A DNA stretch of 49,887 bases, taken from Desulfobacteraceae bacterium (GTDB lineage: Bacteria; Desulfobacterota; Desulfobacteria; Desulfobacterales; ETH-SRB1). Location: assembly GCA_014237365.1 (NCBI GenBank), contig JABZFQ010000206.1, forward strand, positions 1-49,887. Direction: 5' to 3'. The position numbers and the translations under genes were made by a program. Positions 25,947-35,055 of the stretch are shown one piece after another; positions within the stretch are counted from its first letter, which is position 1; the number at the start of each line of letters is the position of its first letter. Below the pieces are notes generated by a model. The model was not told where the DNA came from. It searched no databases and saw nothing but the letters and a program-made list of their open reading frames with translations.

Positions 25947-26261
25947 ATAGGAGTCGTTGACATTTTCTTTTCGCAAAGGCGACTGATAAAAACTCGCTTT
26001 TTGGTGGGTCGAATATAGGGGAAAGTGCAGGGTGAATTTATTTTGGCTCGCAAGCCCAAATAAATCAAGCAGTTAAAATTAGTTCTGAACAACCGTCTCC
26101 CAATGATGTATAAGGGTCTTCATTAATATTTCATCTGGGGGTAACTGCGTTGAACCTATGGGAAATCCTTGTTCGCCCCGTTCGCCCATTCAAAGAACAA
26201 CGTTACCAGATCTGGGTTCTTTGCCGAAGATCGGCGAAACCCTTTGGTGCGCTGGAACTAG

Positions 26262-26406
26262 GGGAATGCTGTTTCTGAATGAACTTGATAGTATAGGAAT
26301 TTCCATTTTATTGAGTATTAAATCAAGAGGTTGTGGAAAGTCCGCCCAAAGGGCGCTAATTTAACGGCAAAACTACCTGTGGAGGTTCATTCAGAAACAG
26401 CGTCCC
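26262..26406. repeat. 145-bp element bounded by a 17-22 bp inverted repeat; right arm overlaps the plsY 3' end
   Basis: GGGAATGCTGTTTCTGAATGAAC (26262-26284) against GTTCATTCAGAAACAGCGTCCC (26385-26406). Confidence 0.6.
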
Positions 26407-27051
26407 ATTCCTGCATAACAGGTTCTGTTCCCGATAACAGACGCTTAATGTTTTCAATATGGCGCAAGTAGATAAGTATTGATATTAAAGCGGCACACAT
26501 TGCCAGTACTTTTGAATTAGTTACCTTCCATACAGCAACTGGAAGCATTAATGCCGCTCCGCAACTGGAAGCATTAATGCCGCTCCAAGAGATCCGACAG
26601 ATACTCGGTTGCATAAACATATAAGCATTATAAAAGTCAGCAGGGCAAAAAAACACGCTATCGGTGAAATTATAATAAAACACCCCGTTGCAGTTGCAAC
26701 ACCCTTTCCACCACCCTTAAATTTTAGAAAAATAGGAAAAAGATGTCCTGACAAAGCTGAAATAGCTATAAGGGATACATATATTTCAGCCCAAAAACCA
26801 TTTACATCCGTTAATTTGATTGCAAGATATACAGGAAACGCACCTTTAAACACATCGACTGCAAGGGTAATTATTCCTATTCTGTTTCCTGCTATTCTTC
26901 TAACATTCGTGGCGCCTATGTTGCCACTGCCCTTTTGCCTGATATCAAGGGTTGTAAACAACTTTGTTAAAATAAAGCCACAGGGAACTGAACCGAGCAT
27001 ATATGCAAAAATCACGAGTACCGGTAACTTTAATATATTTACAAGATCCAT
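26387..27051 (-). pseudogene. plsY: Glycerol-3-phosphate acyltransferase PlsY, frameshifted by a 26-bp tandem duplication
   Basis: The 26548..27051 ORF carries PlsY motifs (GSGNIGATNV, FKGGKGVAT) and ends ...GAALMLPVAERH*. The 26387..26683 ORF continues ...GAALMLPVAVWKVTNSK... to a normal C-terminus. The unit GCAACTGGAAGCATTAATGCCGCTCC is present at 26535-26560 and again at 26561-26586. Confidence 0.85.
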
Positions 27052-27057
27052 TATAAG

Positions 27058-28794
27058 TTATCCATGAAAAAGTACTGACCAGATTATAGTGATAATGCCC
27101 GCGAGAACAAAATGAGTCTCAACCAGAAATTCCAGCCTTATGCCGGGAAGCATATTGCCCCGTTCATAGGCTGAAAGAATTACAAATATGAAAACCGGAC
27201 AGAACGCAAGCAAGAAGCCAAGAGTTGAGATAAACTGAAACGCACTCGACAGCAGCAATGTTGAGAGAATAACAATCAACATGATTTTTAAAAGGCGCAT
27301 GGTCCGCTTTTCTCCCAATAATATTGGGATAGTTGCCCTTCCTACTATGCGGTCGCCCTGCATATCAAGGGTATCAAAAAAAGCGGTTCTGACAAAAACC
27401 ATGCAAGCTGACAGAAAAAATACAATAATTGTGCTTACGTTAATACTTTCAGATACTGAAAGAGTAGGAAATATCGAAGTAACGATTCCCCAGGCGGCTG
27501 CTATAAGAACCGTTTTTGACCCTGATATATCCCTTATCCTGCGATATCTGCCTCCAAAAAGGCTTTCCGGCAAGAGCCTTATGTTATATGAAAGACCAAG
27601 TAAACTCATGAGGAAAAGAATCAAAAAAGAAGTAATACCCATAAGATAGGCGGCAATCAGGCCCGCACTGCCGGCAATTACAGCAAGAGCTGCGAGAAAT
27701 ACCTTATGCTTTCTGTAAAAAAGAGCTCTTTCAGGATCATTGTACTTATCTGCTTTGCTGCCGGTCAGGTTGTTTAGTATGTGCATGGACAGAACATAAA
27801 GTATAGATATAAGAATATGAGGGAAATAGTGCTCAATTCCCTGCAATCTGCTACAGGCGTAACACAGGCATCCGGCACCAAGGGAAACGTAGATGTTTGT
27901 CAAAAGAAGTGATCGTTGTATTGAAAAAAATGCTTTGCGCCATCTTTGCTCTTTTTTTAAAAATGAAGATTCAAGAGTTCTATAAACTCTTTTTATTATC
28001 CAGTTCGGAGTAGAAGCTCCTGCAGTCAAACCTATGTTTTGTGCTGAGGCAAGGGCTTTTAAATCAAGTTCATCTTCTGATTCAATGTGGCAAGAAGGTT
28101 TTCCTGATTCTTTTGCAATTTCAGCAAGCCTATGGGTGTTAGCGCTGTTATAGCCGCCCACGACTATCACTGCATCTACTGACTTTGAGAGACGTTTTAC
28201 TTCTGTCTGCCGATTTGATGTGGAATCGCAAATAGTATTGAAGATTTTGTAGTGCGGAAATTTTTTGTTCGCCCATTTTTTCACTTCTTCAAAGAATTGT
28301 GTGTGCTGGGTGGTTTGAGCAACAATGATGGCCTTTTTAAAGGCAGGAAGAGAATCGAGGTCATTAATATTATCAATGGCATATCCCTTGCCATTTGAGT
28401 AGCCGAGCAGTCCTCTGACCTCCGGATGATCCTTGTCGCCAATAATTATTGATGTATAACTTTGCTCGGCGTGTTTTTTTATAATGGTTTGCACCTTGAT
28501 TACACGTGGGCATGTGGCGTCTATTACTGTAAAGCCGGCTTTTTTCAGATTTTCCTTTGCCTGGGGAGGAACTCCGTGAGCCCTTATCAGGACAGTGCCT
28601 GAACCGCGATCCGGTATATCATCTATGACGGATATTCCCTTTTTTTTTAAAATGTCTAGGACGTGTGGGTTGTGTATCAGAGGACCATATGTATAGATAG
28701 GATTTTCGTATTTATTGGGCGCATCAAGAGCCATTTCAACTGCTCTGCGTACGCCCATACAGAAGCCTGCGGTCTTGGCAAGTAATATTTTCAT
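27058..28794 (-). CDS. ispH: Fusion of IspH/LytB (HMBPP reductase) with a C-terminal UbiA-superfamily-like polytopic membrane domain
   Basis: 578 aa. The N-terminal roughly 285 aa are IspH-like (MKILLAKTAGFCMGVRRAV..., GPLIHNPHV, ATCPRV, STPNW). The C-terminal roughly 290 aa have about 8 hydrophobic helices, with Asp-rich motifs SKADKYNDPERA and FFDTLDMQGDRIVGRATIPILLG. Confidence 0.75.
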   Translation of the reverse strand: MKILLAKTAGFCMGVRRAVEMALDAPNKYENPIYTYGPLIHNPHVLDILKKKGISVIDDIPDRGSGTVLIRAHGVPPQAKENLKKAGFTVIDATCPRVIKVQTIIKKHAEQSYTSIIIGDKDHPEVRGLLGYSNGKGYAIDNINDLDSLPAFKKAIIVAQTTQHTQFFEEVKKWANKKFPHYKIFNTICDSTSNRQTEVKRLSKSVDAVIVVGGYNSANTHRLAEIAKESGKPSCHIESEDELDLKALASAQNIGLTAGASTPNWIIKRVYRTLESSFLKKEQRWRKAFFSIQRSLLLTNIYVSLGAGCLCYACSRLQGIEHYFPHILISILYVLSMHILNNLTGSKADKYNDPERALFYRKHKVFLAALAVIAGSAGLIAAYLMGITSFLILFLMSLLGLSYNIRLLPESLFGGRYRRIRDISGSKTVLIAAAWGIVTSIFPTLSVSESINVSTIIVFFLSACMVFVRTAFFDTLDMQGDRIVGRATIPILLGEKRTMRLLKIMLIVILSTLLLSSAFQFISTLGFLLAFCPVFIFVILSAYERGNMLPGIRLEFLVETHFVLAGIITIIWSVLFHG

Positions 28795-28835
28795 CTAATC
28801 AGGTTCAGATATTATTGATATTATAGTTTAGGCTG

Positions 28836-29024
28836 CTATTTTTCCTTTAGATATATTTTATGATCAACAAGAGAAAGTGAATGAATACGCGCCTTTAAGA
28901 GTTTTTGTTCTCCAAATATGTTGTTTAATATAAGACCATCACCTTCGGGTTCGATTGTGTCAACAGCCTCCATCACCAGCTTTTCATCGTTTTCTTCAAT
29001 AAGATAAGCATTTGCTTCACACAT
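28836..29024 (-). CDS. CooT-family small protein
   Basis: 62 aa. It starts MCEANAYL and has the size and pattern of the CooT family. Confidence 0.6.
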   Translation of the reverse strand: MCEANAYLIEENDEKLVMEAVDTIEPEGDGLILNNIFGEQKLLKARIHSLSLVDHKIYLKEK

Positions 29025-29036
29025 ATTATTTTCCCC

Positions 29037-29456
29037 TTATTTATCCGTAAAATCCTTCAAATTTTCTTGTATCAGTAATTCAATAAAACGCGGAAGTGGA
29101 ATTGAGGATAACCCTACTATTTCAACATTTTCTTGAGTTAACGGTATGAGAAGTTTTTTGGCGGGGCTGCTTGCAACAGCCTCTGCGATTTTTGGTGTTA
29201 TTTCACCCATCATGGCATTTGCTAAAATTATACCGATAGGCCCTATAATAACATCAACGCTTTGTATGGTATGGACAATGGCATTTTCTCCGGATGCACC
29301 ACGATTTGCTCTTGCCTTAAGCATCTGGGATGTTGCTATAGCATTTGCGCCTAAAGCTATAATTTCAACTTTTTCGCCAACATATTCTTTGAGTTTCTTT
29401 ATAATCGTGCTTCCTATCCCGCCGCCTTGTCCGTCAATTACGCATATTCGTTTCAT
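29037..29456 (-). CDS. DUF3842-family protein
   Basis: 139 aa. The N-terminus MKRICVIDGQGGGIGSTIIKKL is characteristic of this family. Confidence 0.6.
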   Translation of the reverse strand: MKRICVIDGQGGGIGSTIIKKLKEYVGEKVEIIALGANAIATSQMLKARANRGASGENAIVHTIQSVDVIIGPIGIILANAMMGEITPKIAEAVASSPAKKLLIPLTQENVEIVGLSSIPLPRFIELLIQENLKDFTDK

Positions 29457-29543
29457 TGTAAGTATCTTTTCGTAAGGATTCGCCCAAAGTGTTCACAGTT
29501 AACAGATAACGCCTGAACCTTGAACCCTGCTTTTTTATATTGA

Positions 29544-30065
29544 TTATAACTTTTTAATTTTTAACCTGTTTTTGCGTTTTATTTTTGAAAGTCGTTTTCT
29601 GGGTCCCTTCTTTTTTGTTGTAGGAATCCAGCCGCCCTTATTCTCCCTGTCGACACCCTTTGCAGACATATATTCTGCCATGGCTATTTTTTCTTCAAAC
29701 ATCGGCGAGCTGATAGTGGAAGCTCCTTGAGAAGCTACCGCATTAACTATTCCCATGTCTGAGCTGACAACTAAAGCTTTTTCCCTTTCTTTTGCGGCCA
29801 TTTTTTTAATAACAGTATCGGCTAACTCACCATTGCGGGAAAACTTTATCTCGACTCCTTTTATTTTGTCCTCGCGCTGGAAGAGAAAAGGGGCATTCGT
29901 TCCGTCAAAGACAACGGTAATTTTGTGGCGCTTTATTTTTTTATACGCTACAAGCATATTAAGCAGAGCTTCTCTCCCGAGCTGAATGTTCTGCCTGTCA
30001 AGGTCGCTTAAAGTAGTTGACTGGCGTATTAGATTATAGCCATCAATAATTATATGAAGAGACAT
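29544..30065 (-). CDS. NYN-domain (YacP/Rae1-like) putative RNase
   Basis: 173 aa. The N-terminus is HIIIDGYNLIRQS, followed by VVFDG and a basic C-terminal tail. Confidence 0.65.
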   Translation of the reverse strand: MSLHIIIDGYNLIRQSTTLSDLDRQNIQLGREALLNMLVAYKKIKRHKITVVFDGTNAPFLFQREDKIKGVEIKFSRNGELADTVIKKMAAKEREKALVVSSDMGIVNAVASQGASTISSPMFEEKIAMAEYMSAKGVDRENKGGWIPTTKKKGPRKRLSKIKRKNRLKIKKL

Positions 30066-30083
30066 AGTAACTACTCAGGTTGT

Positions 30084-30197
30084 CTGGTTCAAGGTTCAAG
30101 GTTAACCGATTTACGATTTTTCCCTCAGTCATTGATTTCATTCGGTAAACATTATAAACTAATTAATTTTTAACCCCTGAACCCTGAACCAGAAACC
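30084..30197. repeat. Inverted pair of heptamer-type tandem repeats (GGTTCAA/GGTTCAG family)
   Basis: CTGGTTCAAGGTTCAAGGTTAACC (30084-30107) against AACCCCTGAACCCTGAACCAGAAACC (30172-30197), in the NYN-parB intergenic region. Confidence 0.75.
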
Positions 30198-30262
30198 AAG
30201 CTTTTTGTCAAAAACATTGCTCCATAATTGACCATTATTAACGAGGTCTGATGTCATCAGAA

Positions 30263-31165
30263 TTATAGCTGTTTTAAAAGATCTATAAGGCGGTCAAGAT
30301 CGTCGTTATTATAAAATTCGATTAGAATTTTTCCCTTTTTTCCGTGTCTTTTGATTTGAGTTTTAGTGCCAAGGTGACGTGAAAGATCATCCGCCAGACT
30401 TGAAAGGTATATTTGTTCTGAATCAGGTGGAGGTTTCAGGGGCTTTTTCTTTTCTGATTTCAACCGCTTGATCAAATTTTCTGTTTCTCTGACCGAAAAT
30501 TTTTTTGAAACAACTGCCCGCCAGGCTGCAATTTGCTGTGCTGATGTATCAGCACCTAGCAGAGCTCTTGCATGCCCCATACTAAGGGTATTATCCATGA
30601 TACTTGCCTTTATTTGTTCAGGCAGTTGTCTTAGACGAAGTAAATTTGCAATAGCAGATCTGCTTTTCCCTACCCGTTTTGCCACCTGCTCCTGAGTGAG
30701 ATTAAATTCCATAATAAGTTGATGGAAGGCTTCCGCTTCTTCCAGAGCATTGAGGTCTTCTCTCTGTAGGTTTTCGACAATGGACATCTCCAAAAGCTCT
30801 GAATCTGTGATATTTTTTATAAAAGCGGGCACATAGGTGAGCCCTGCCATTTTAGCTGCGCGAAACCGCCTTTCACCGGCTACAAGCTCATAACCGCATC
30901 CATCCCTTCTAAGCAAAAGAGGCTGTATGATTCCCTGTTCTTTAATTGAGCTGCAAAGCTCTTCAAGCTCTTCTTGGGAAAAAATCATTCGGGGCTGATA
31001 CCTGTTAGGGTGGATCAGATTTATATCACATTGGAAATAATCAATGCTATCGTTTTCAAAAGGTCTAAAATCAGGAATAAGTGCATCAAGGCCTCTTCCA
31101 AGTGCCATTTTTTTCCGTTTTATTAGATTTGAATCAGATTCTTTTTTTGGTTTTTCTTTAGGCAT
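30263..31165 (-). CDS. parB: Chromosome partitioning protein ParB/Spo0J
   Basis: 300 aa. Motifs are LGRGLDALIP, IQPLLLR, VAGERRFRAAKMAG and an HTH region. Confidence 0.9.
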   Translation of the reverse strand: MPKEKPKKESDSNLIKRKKMALGRGLDALIPDFRPFENDSIDYFQCDINLIHPNRYQPRMIFSQEELEELCSSIKEQGIIQPLLLRRDGCGYELVAGERRFRAAKMAGLTYVPAFIKNITDSELLEMSIVENLQREDLNALEEAEAFHQLIMEFNLTQEQVAKRVGKSRSAIANLLRLRQLPEQIKASIMDNTLSMGHARALLGADTSAQQIAAWRAVVSKKFSVRETENLIKRLKSEKKKPLKPPPDSEQIYLSSLADDLSRHLGTKTQIKRHGKKGKILIEFYNNDDLDRLIDLLKQL

Positions 31166-31173
31166 ATTGCGAC

Positions 31174-31195
31174 GTTAATTCGTCCCCGTTCCTTA
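31174..31195. repeat. Solo MITE-1 terminal repeat fragment filling the parA-parB junction
   Basis: GTTAATTCGTCCCCGTTCC + TTA. The TTA is the reverse-strand TAA stop of parA. Confidence 0.7.
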
Positions 31196-31963
31196 TGGAG
31201 ATTTTTTAGTTTTCATTATTTCTTTTGCAAGATCAAAGTAACTTTTTGCTCCTGTAGAAGCGGCATCATACAGCAATATGGGTTTCCCAAAACTTGGAGC
31301 TTCTCCCAGTCGTACATTTCTGGGAATAATGGTTTTGAAAACAAGCTTCTTGAAATATTTCTCCGCATCTTCGGCTACTTGATACGACAGGTTAGTCCTT
31401 TTATCAAACATGGTTAAAAGAATGCCGGCAATTTTAAGATTCGGATTTAGACTGCGCTTTAAAAGCTTTACTGTTTGCAGAAGCTGGCCAAGCCCTTCCA
31501 AGGCATAAAATTCACACTGAAGTGGAATCAGCATTAAATCGGCTGCTGTCAAAGCGTTTACCGTCAGAAGGCTTAAAGAAGGCGGGCAATCTATTATTAT
31601 ATAATCAAATGAATCATTCAGTTGGTCAAGCAGTTTCTTTAATACAATTTCACGTTCAGGGTTTGACATCATTTCCACTTCAAAACCTATGAGCTCAACT
31701 CTTGATGGAATGATTTTCAGGCTATCTATATCGCAGTCCATAATAAGACTCTTGGGTTCGGTTTTTCCAATCAAGCCATGATATAACGTTTTGGGAATGC
31801 TGACCTTATCAATACCCATTCCTGTGGTGGCATTTCCCTGTGGATCACAATCAACAAGGAGAGTCTTTTTCTCTGAAACCGCTAACGCTGCAGATAGATT
31901 GATAGCCGTAGTAGTTTTTCCTACGCCGCCTTTCTGGTTTGCTATGCATATGATTTGTGACAT
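31193..31963 (-). CDS. parA: Chromosome partitioning ATPase ParA/Soj
   Basis: 256 aa. It has the deviant Walker A NQKGGVGKTTTA and the typical Soj length. Confidence 0.9.
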   Translation of the reverse strand: MSQIICIANQKGGVGKTTTAINLSAALAVSEKKTLLVDCDPQGNATTGMGIDKVSIPKTLYHGLIGKTEPKSLIMDCDIDSLKIIPSRVELIGFEVEMMSNPEREIVLKKLLDQLNDSFDYIIIDCPPSLSLLTVNALTAADLMLIPLQCEFYALEGLGQLLQTVKLLKRSLNPNLKIAGILLTMFDKRTNLSYQVAEDAEKYFKKLVFKTIIPRNVRLGEAPSFGKPILLYDAASTGAKSYFDLAKEIMKTKKSP

Positions 31964-32185
31964 GAAAAATTCCTAACACAAAACTTGTTATTTGAAAAGG
32001 ATATATAATATGTTATAAATTAGTTTACGGATCATGGTTTACGGTTTTTTTAATAAATTTTTCAGAAACCTCACATGAAATATAAACCTGATTTGAATTT
32101 TCACAACTGAGTCTCTTGCTTCTTGTCAGCTTCTGTCTGATATATTTTGATTAACTGTAAACCGTGGACGGTTACAAATATTCAT

Positions 32186-33583
32186 ATGAAATTTTATAAA
32201 AAAATATTCGTTATATTTTCCGCTTTGATTTTATTAGCTGATGTATGTTTTCCAGGAGCGGCTTTATGTATTTCAGTTAAAAAGGAAGAAGAAATGGGGC
32301 GTGAATTCATGAGGGTTGTTTTAGAACACTTTGAACTCATTGAAGACCCTTTTATTGTTAATTATGTTAATAAGATAGGCAATAAGATTATTTTGGCTCT
32401 TCCTCCTCAGCCGTTCAATTACCGTTTTTATATCATAAAAGAAGATACTTACAATGCTTTTGCGAGTCCTGCAGGTAATATTTTTATAAACAGCGGGCTT
32501 TTTGAGGCAATGGAAAACGAGGAAGAACTTGCAGGAATATTATCCCACGAAATAGCTCATGTCGTATGCCGCCATATTTCTCAACGCATTGAAAGACAAT
32601 CAAAAATTGGTCTTATAACACTTGCAGGCATAGCTGCAGGAATATTTCTTGGAATAGGGGGAGCCGGAACGGCATCCAGCGCATTAACCTTAGGGTCTGT
32701 TGCTGCCGGGCAATCAATTTCTCTTGCATACAGCCGCGAAGATGAAATTCAGGCTGATCAAATAGGTTTAACGTACCTTAACAAAGCAGGATACAGTGGT
32801 TCCGGCCTGTTGACAATGCTGAAAAAAATCAGGAGTAAACAGTGGTTTGGCTCGGACCAGATTCCTACCTATCTGACTACTCATCCAGCTTCGGAAGATC
32901 GTATTGTATATATTGGGTCCTGGCTTGAAATTAGTGAAAAACCATCGGGGCGGGTGTTTAGTATTGATTCTTATGATTTTCAAATAACTCATACGCGGTT
33001 TGTTGGTATGCATGGAGAGAAGAGCATTGTATTAAAAAAGTTAGAAACCCGGATCGCTGAATGCCCCTCAGACCCAATGGCGCTTTATGGGTATGGACTT
33101 GTACTGGCAAGGACCGGAAATTTGAAAGATGCGCAAATCAATCTTAAAAAGGCACTGGAGAAAAGAGCTTTTGATTCTCATATATTAAAAGATCTTGGAA
33201 GGATATATTTTTTTGATGGTCGTTATGAAGAAGCATTAAAAACCCTTGAAGCCTCTTTAAACATAGCGCCGGATGATATAGAATGCCTTTTTTTTCTCGG
33301 CCGTGCTCAGGCAGGGCTTGGAAGGTATGGAAATGCTGAGAATACATTTGAAAAGCTCATAGAAAAAGATCCGGATTATAATCAGGCGCTGTATTTTCTT
33401 GGCGATGCCTATGGCAGACATGGCAGGATGGAGGATGCACATTATTATCTCGGGTTATATTACAAGAACGAGGGGAATTTTAAGAATGCCGAATTTCATC
33501 TTAAAAGAGCCTTAAATACAAATGACCCGGATAAGAAACTTAAAATAAAAGAAATACTTAAAGAAATTAGTGGAAATAGGTAG
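32186..33583 (+). CDS. M48-family zinc metalloprotease with C-terminal TPR repeats (BepA-like)
   Basis: The ORF track starts at 32147. The ATG at 32186 gives a signal-like N-terminus MKFYKKIFVIFSALILLADV. The zinc motif is HEIAHV, followed by TPR-like repeats. Confidence 0.8.
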   Translation: MKFYKKIFVIFSALILLADVCFPGAALCISVKKEEEMGREFMRVVLEHFELIEDPFIVNYVNKIGNKIILALPPQPFNYRFYIIKEDTYNAFASPAGNIFINSGLFEAMENEEELAGILSHEIAHVVCRHISQRIERQSKIGLITLAGIAAGIFLGIGGAGTASSALTLGSVAAGQSISLAYSREDEIQADQIGLTYLNKAGYSGSGLLTMLKKIRSKQWFGSDQIPTYLTTHPASEDRIVYIGSWLEISEKPSGRVFSIDSYDFQITHTRFVGMHGEKSIVLKKLETRIAECPSDPMALYGYGLVLARTGNLKDAQINLKKALEKRAFDSHILKDLGRIYFFDGRYEEALKTLEASLNIAPDDIECLFFLGRAQAGLGRYGNAENTFEKLIEKDPDYNQALYFLGDAYGRHGRMEDAHYYLGLYYKNEGNFKNAEFHLKRALNTNDPDKKLKIKEILKEISGNR

Positions 33584-33732
33584 AAGGTGGAAGGCTGAAG
33601 ACCGAAGGCTAAAACCAAAACTTCCTTCCACCTTCAGCCTTCCACCTTCAGCCTTCCACCTTCAGCCTTCCACCTTCCACCTTCCACCTTCTACCTTCTA
33701 CCTTCTACCTTCAGCCTTCCACCTTCTACCTT
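33583..33732. repeat. 18-bp perfect hairpin followed by about 15 tandem heptamers (CCTTCAG/CCTTCCA/CCTTCTA)
   Basis: GAAGGTGGAAGGCTGAAG (33583-33600) pairs with CTTCAGCCTTCCACCTTC (33632-33649). The heptamer tract continues to about 33732. It starts at the stop codon of the M48 gene, so it may act as a terminator. Confidence 0.85.
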
Positions 33733-33767
33733 AACAATTTCGGTCAAAATGGGAGAAATGCATACTA

Positions 33768-33858
33768 AGAGCCTATTTCAGTAGGCGACTAAACGCGAGC
33801 CAAAAGGCCTGTTGGAAGGGCACGAACCATGTGTACATGGCCTACTGAAATAGGCTCT
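33768..33858 (+). mobile_element. 91-bp REP/MITE-like element (family 3)
   Basis: Perfect 19-bp terminal inverted repeats: AGAGCCTATTTCAGTAGGC ... GCCTACTGAAATAGGCTCT. A second copy in the opposite orientation lies at 48567-48657. Confidence 0.8.
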
Positions 33859-33918
33859 AAGTGTCGCTCGACCTGGACTTTCCCCCGCAGTGCGTACCCC
33901 AAGGTTATATAAGTTGAC

Positions 33919-34753
33919 AACGCCCCAATCCTATCATATTTAATTGATAAATATTTCCCTGAAAATGAGGCCAATAAGCTTGCAGCTCTTGAGTCATATA
34001 ATAAGCATTTATACAGACCAAATACTTATTTACATAAGTGGTGGGCTCGTCGGTCTGGCACGACCTTTCGTTACATACTTAAGCAACTGGTACAGCATTC
34101 GGGAAAACGAAATTTTTATGAAGCTGGTGGCCTGGAAAGCAAAATCATTTTTGATCCCATGATGGGTGGTGGTACGATTCTTCATGAGGCCATTCGAATG
34201 GGAGCAAGTGTTATAGGAATAGATATTGATCCGATCCCTGTCCTTCAGGCAAAAGCAAGCTTAACTCAATCTTCTCTGAAACACAAAAAAGATATATTTA
34301 GCTGGTTTTTCAAAGCATTGAAGGACAAATTAGCTCCATTATACAAAACTTTTTGCCCCATCTGCAATCTGGAAAGTGAAATCCAGTTTACATTGTATGG
34401 GCCGCGTAAAAGGTGTTCATGCAGGGAAGTGATTTTTGTGGATAGCCTTTTATTACGACAGGCTAATCACCATGATGTAAACATCTGTTCAACATGCCAT
34501 GAAGTTTACACAGGCAAAACTCATAGCTGCCGGAAGCAGGCAAACACTCCATTAATTTTAAAAGGCACAAGGTGTTGTGAAAAGTGCGGCTCTGGATTTG
34601 CCGACATTTTAGATGAACCATTTTCAAAGCGTTATATTCCTCTGGTAATTGTCGGATCATGCACCGAACATGGAACATTTTTTAAATCAGCAGACAATGA
34701 TGATCTGGCAGTAATAACTCAAGCCCTTTCTCAAACAAAACATATTTTAGGGT
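33919..34753 (+). pseudogene. DUF1156-like DNA methyltransferase fragment (no start codon, 3' end replaced by MITE-2)
   Basis: The frame is open from 33919 without a start codon: ...YRPNTYLHKWWARRSGTTFRYIL...IFDPMMGGGTILHEAIRMGASVIGIDIDPIPV. This resembles the WWARRP and AdoMet motif I regions of DUF1156 methylases. The ORF track shows only 34159..34782. There is no catalytic motif IV before the MITE-2 terminal repeat begins at 34754. Confidence 0.55.
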
Positions 34754-35050
34754 GGTCCCTGCAAAACAGTGCGGGTCAATAATTTGGCACTGGTTCAGTT
34801 GAAGAGGTGATTTAATTATATCAATAGGTTGCAGTGCCTTATGGCAAACTGGCACAACCAACATAACTAATTGTTTTTACAGGTATAATCGACAAATTCG
34901 AGTCTTTTTCATCTATTCAACTGAACCAGTGCCAATAATTTAAACAAGTTACATATTATAGCTTCTGGCGACACATGGCGAAAAATCAGGTGTTTACAAA
35001 GCAAGACAGGGCGATATTTCCAAACCTGCATTGCTTTGTAGGAGACTACC
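34754..35050 (-). mobile_element. MITE-2 partial copy, itself interrupted by MITE-4
   Basis: GGTCCCTGCAAAACAGTGCGGGTCAATAATTT | MITE-4 | AAACAAGTTACATATTATAGCTTCTGGCGACAC...CCAAACCTGCATTGCTTTGTAGGAGACTACC is collinear with the reverse complement of 9930-10062. Confidence 0.7.
34786..34923. mobile_element. MITE-4 (138 bp) with 8-bp target duplication AATAATTT
   Basis: Terminal inverted repeats are GGCACTGGTTCAGTTGA ... TCAACTGAACCAGTGCC. AATAATTT is present at 34778-34785 and 34924-34931. Confidence 0.75.
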
Positions 35051-35055
35051 AGAAA

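Noticed and set aside
26036-26066. Hairpin ATTTATTT(T)GG...CCCAAATAAAT after the beta-helix gene, considered as a terminator
   Set aside because: The stem is imperfect and AT-only, lies about 90 nt from the stop, and has no clear U-tract. The support is too weak.
33914-33942. Near-consensus sigma70-like promoter TTGACA-N17-TATTTA
   Set aside because: It precedes only a start-less pseudogene. A single motif match in AT-rich DNA is not enough to call a promoter.
33944-34162. 72-aa ORF upstream of the 34159 ORF
   Set aside because: It is in the wrong frame. The +1 frame over the same bases continues the methylase homology (HKWWARR...) into the 34159 ORF.
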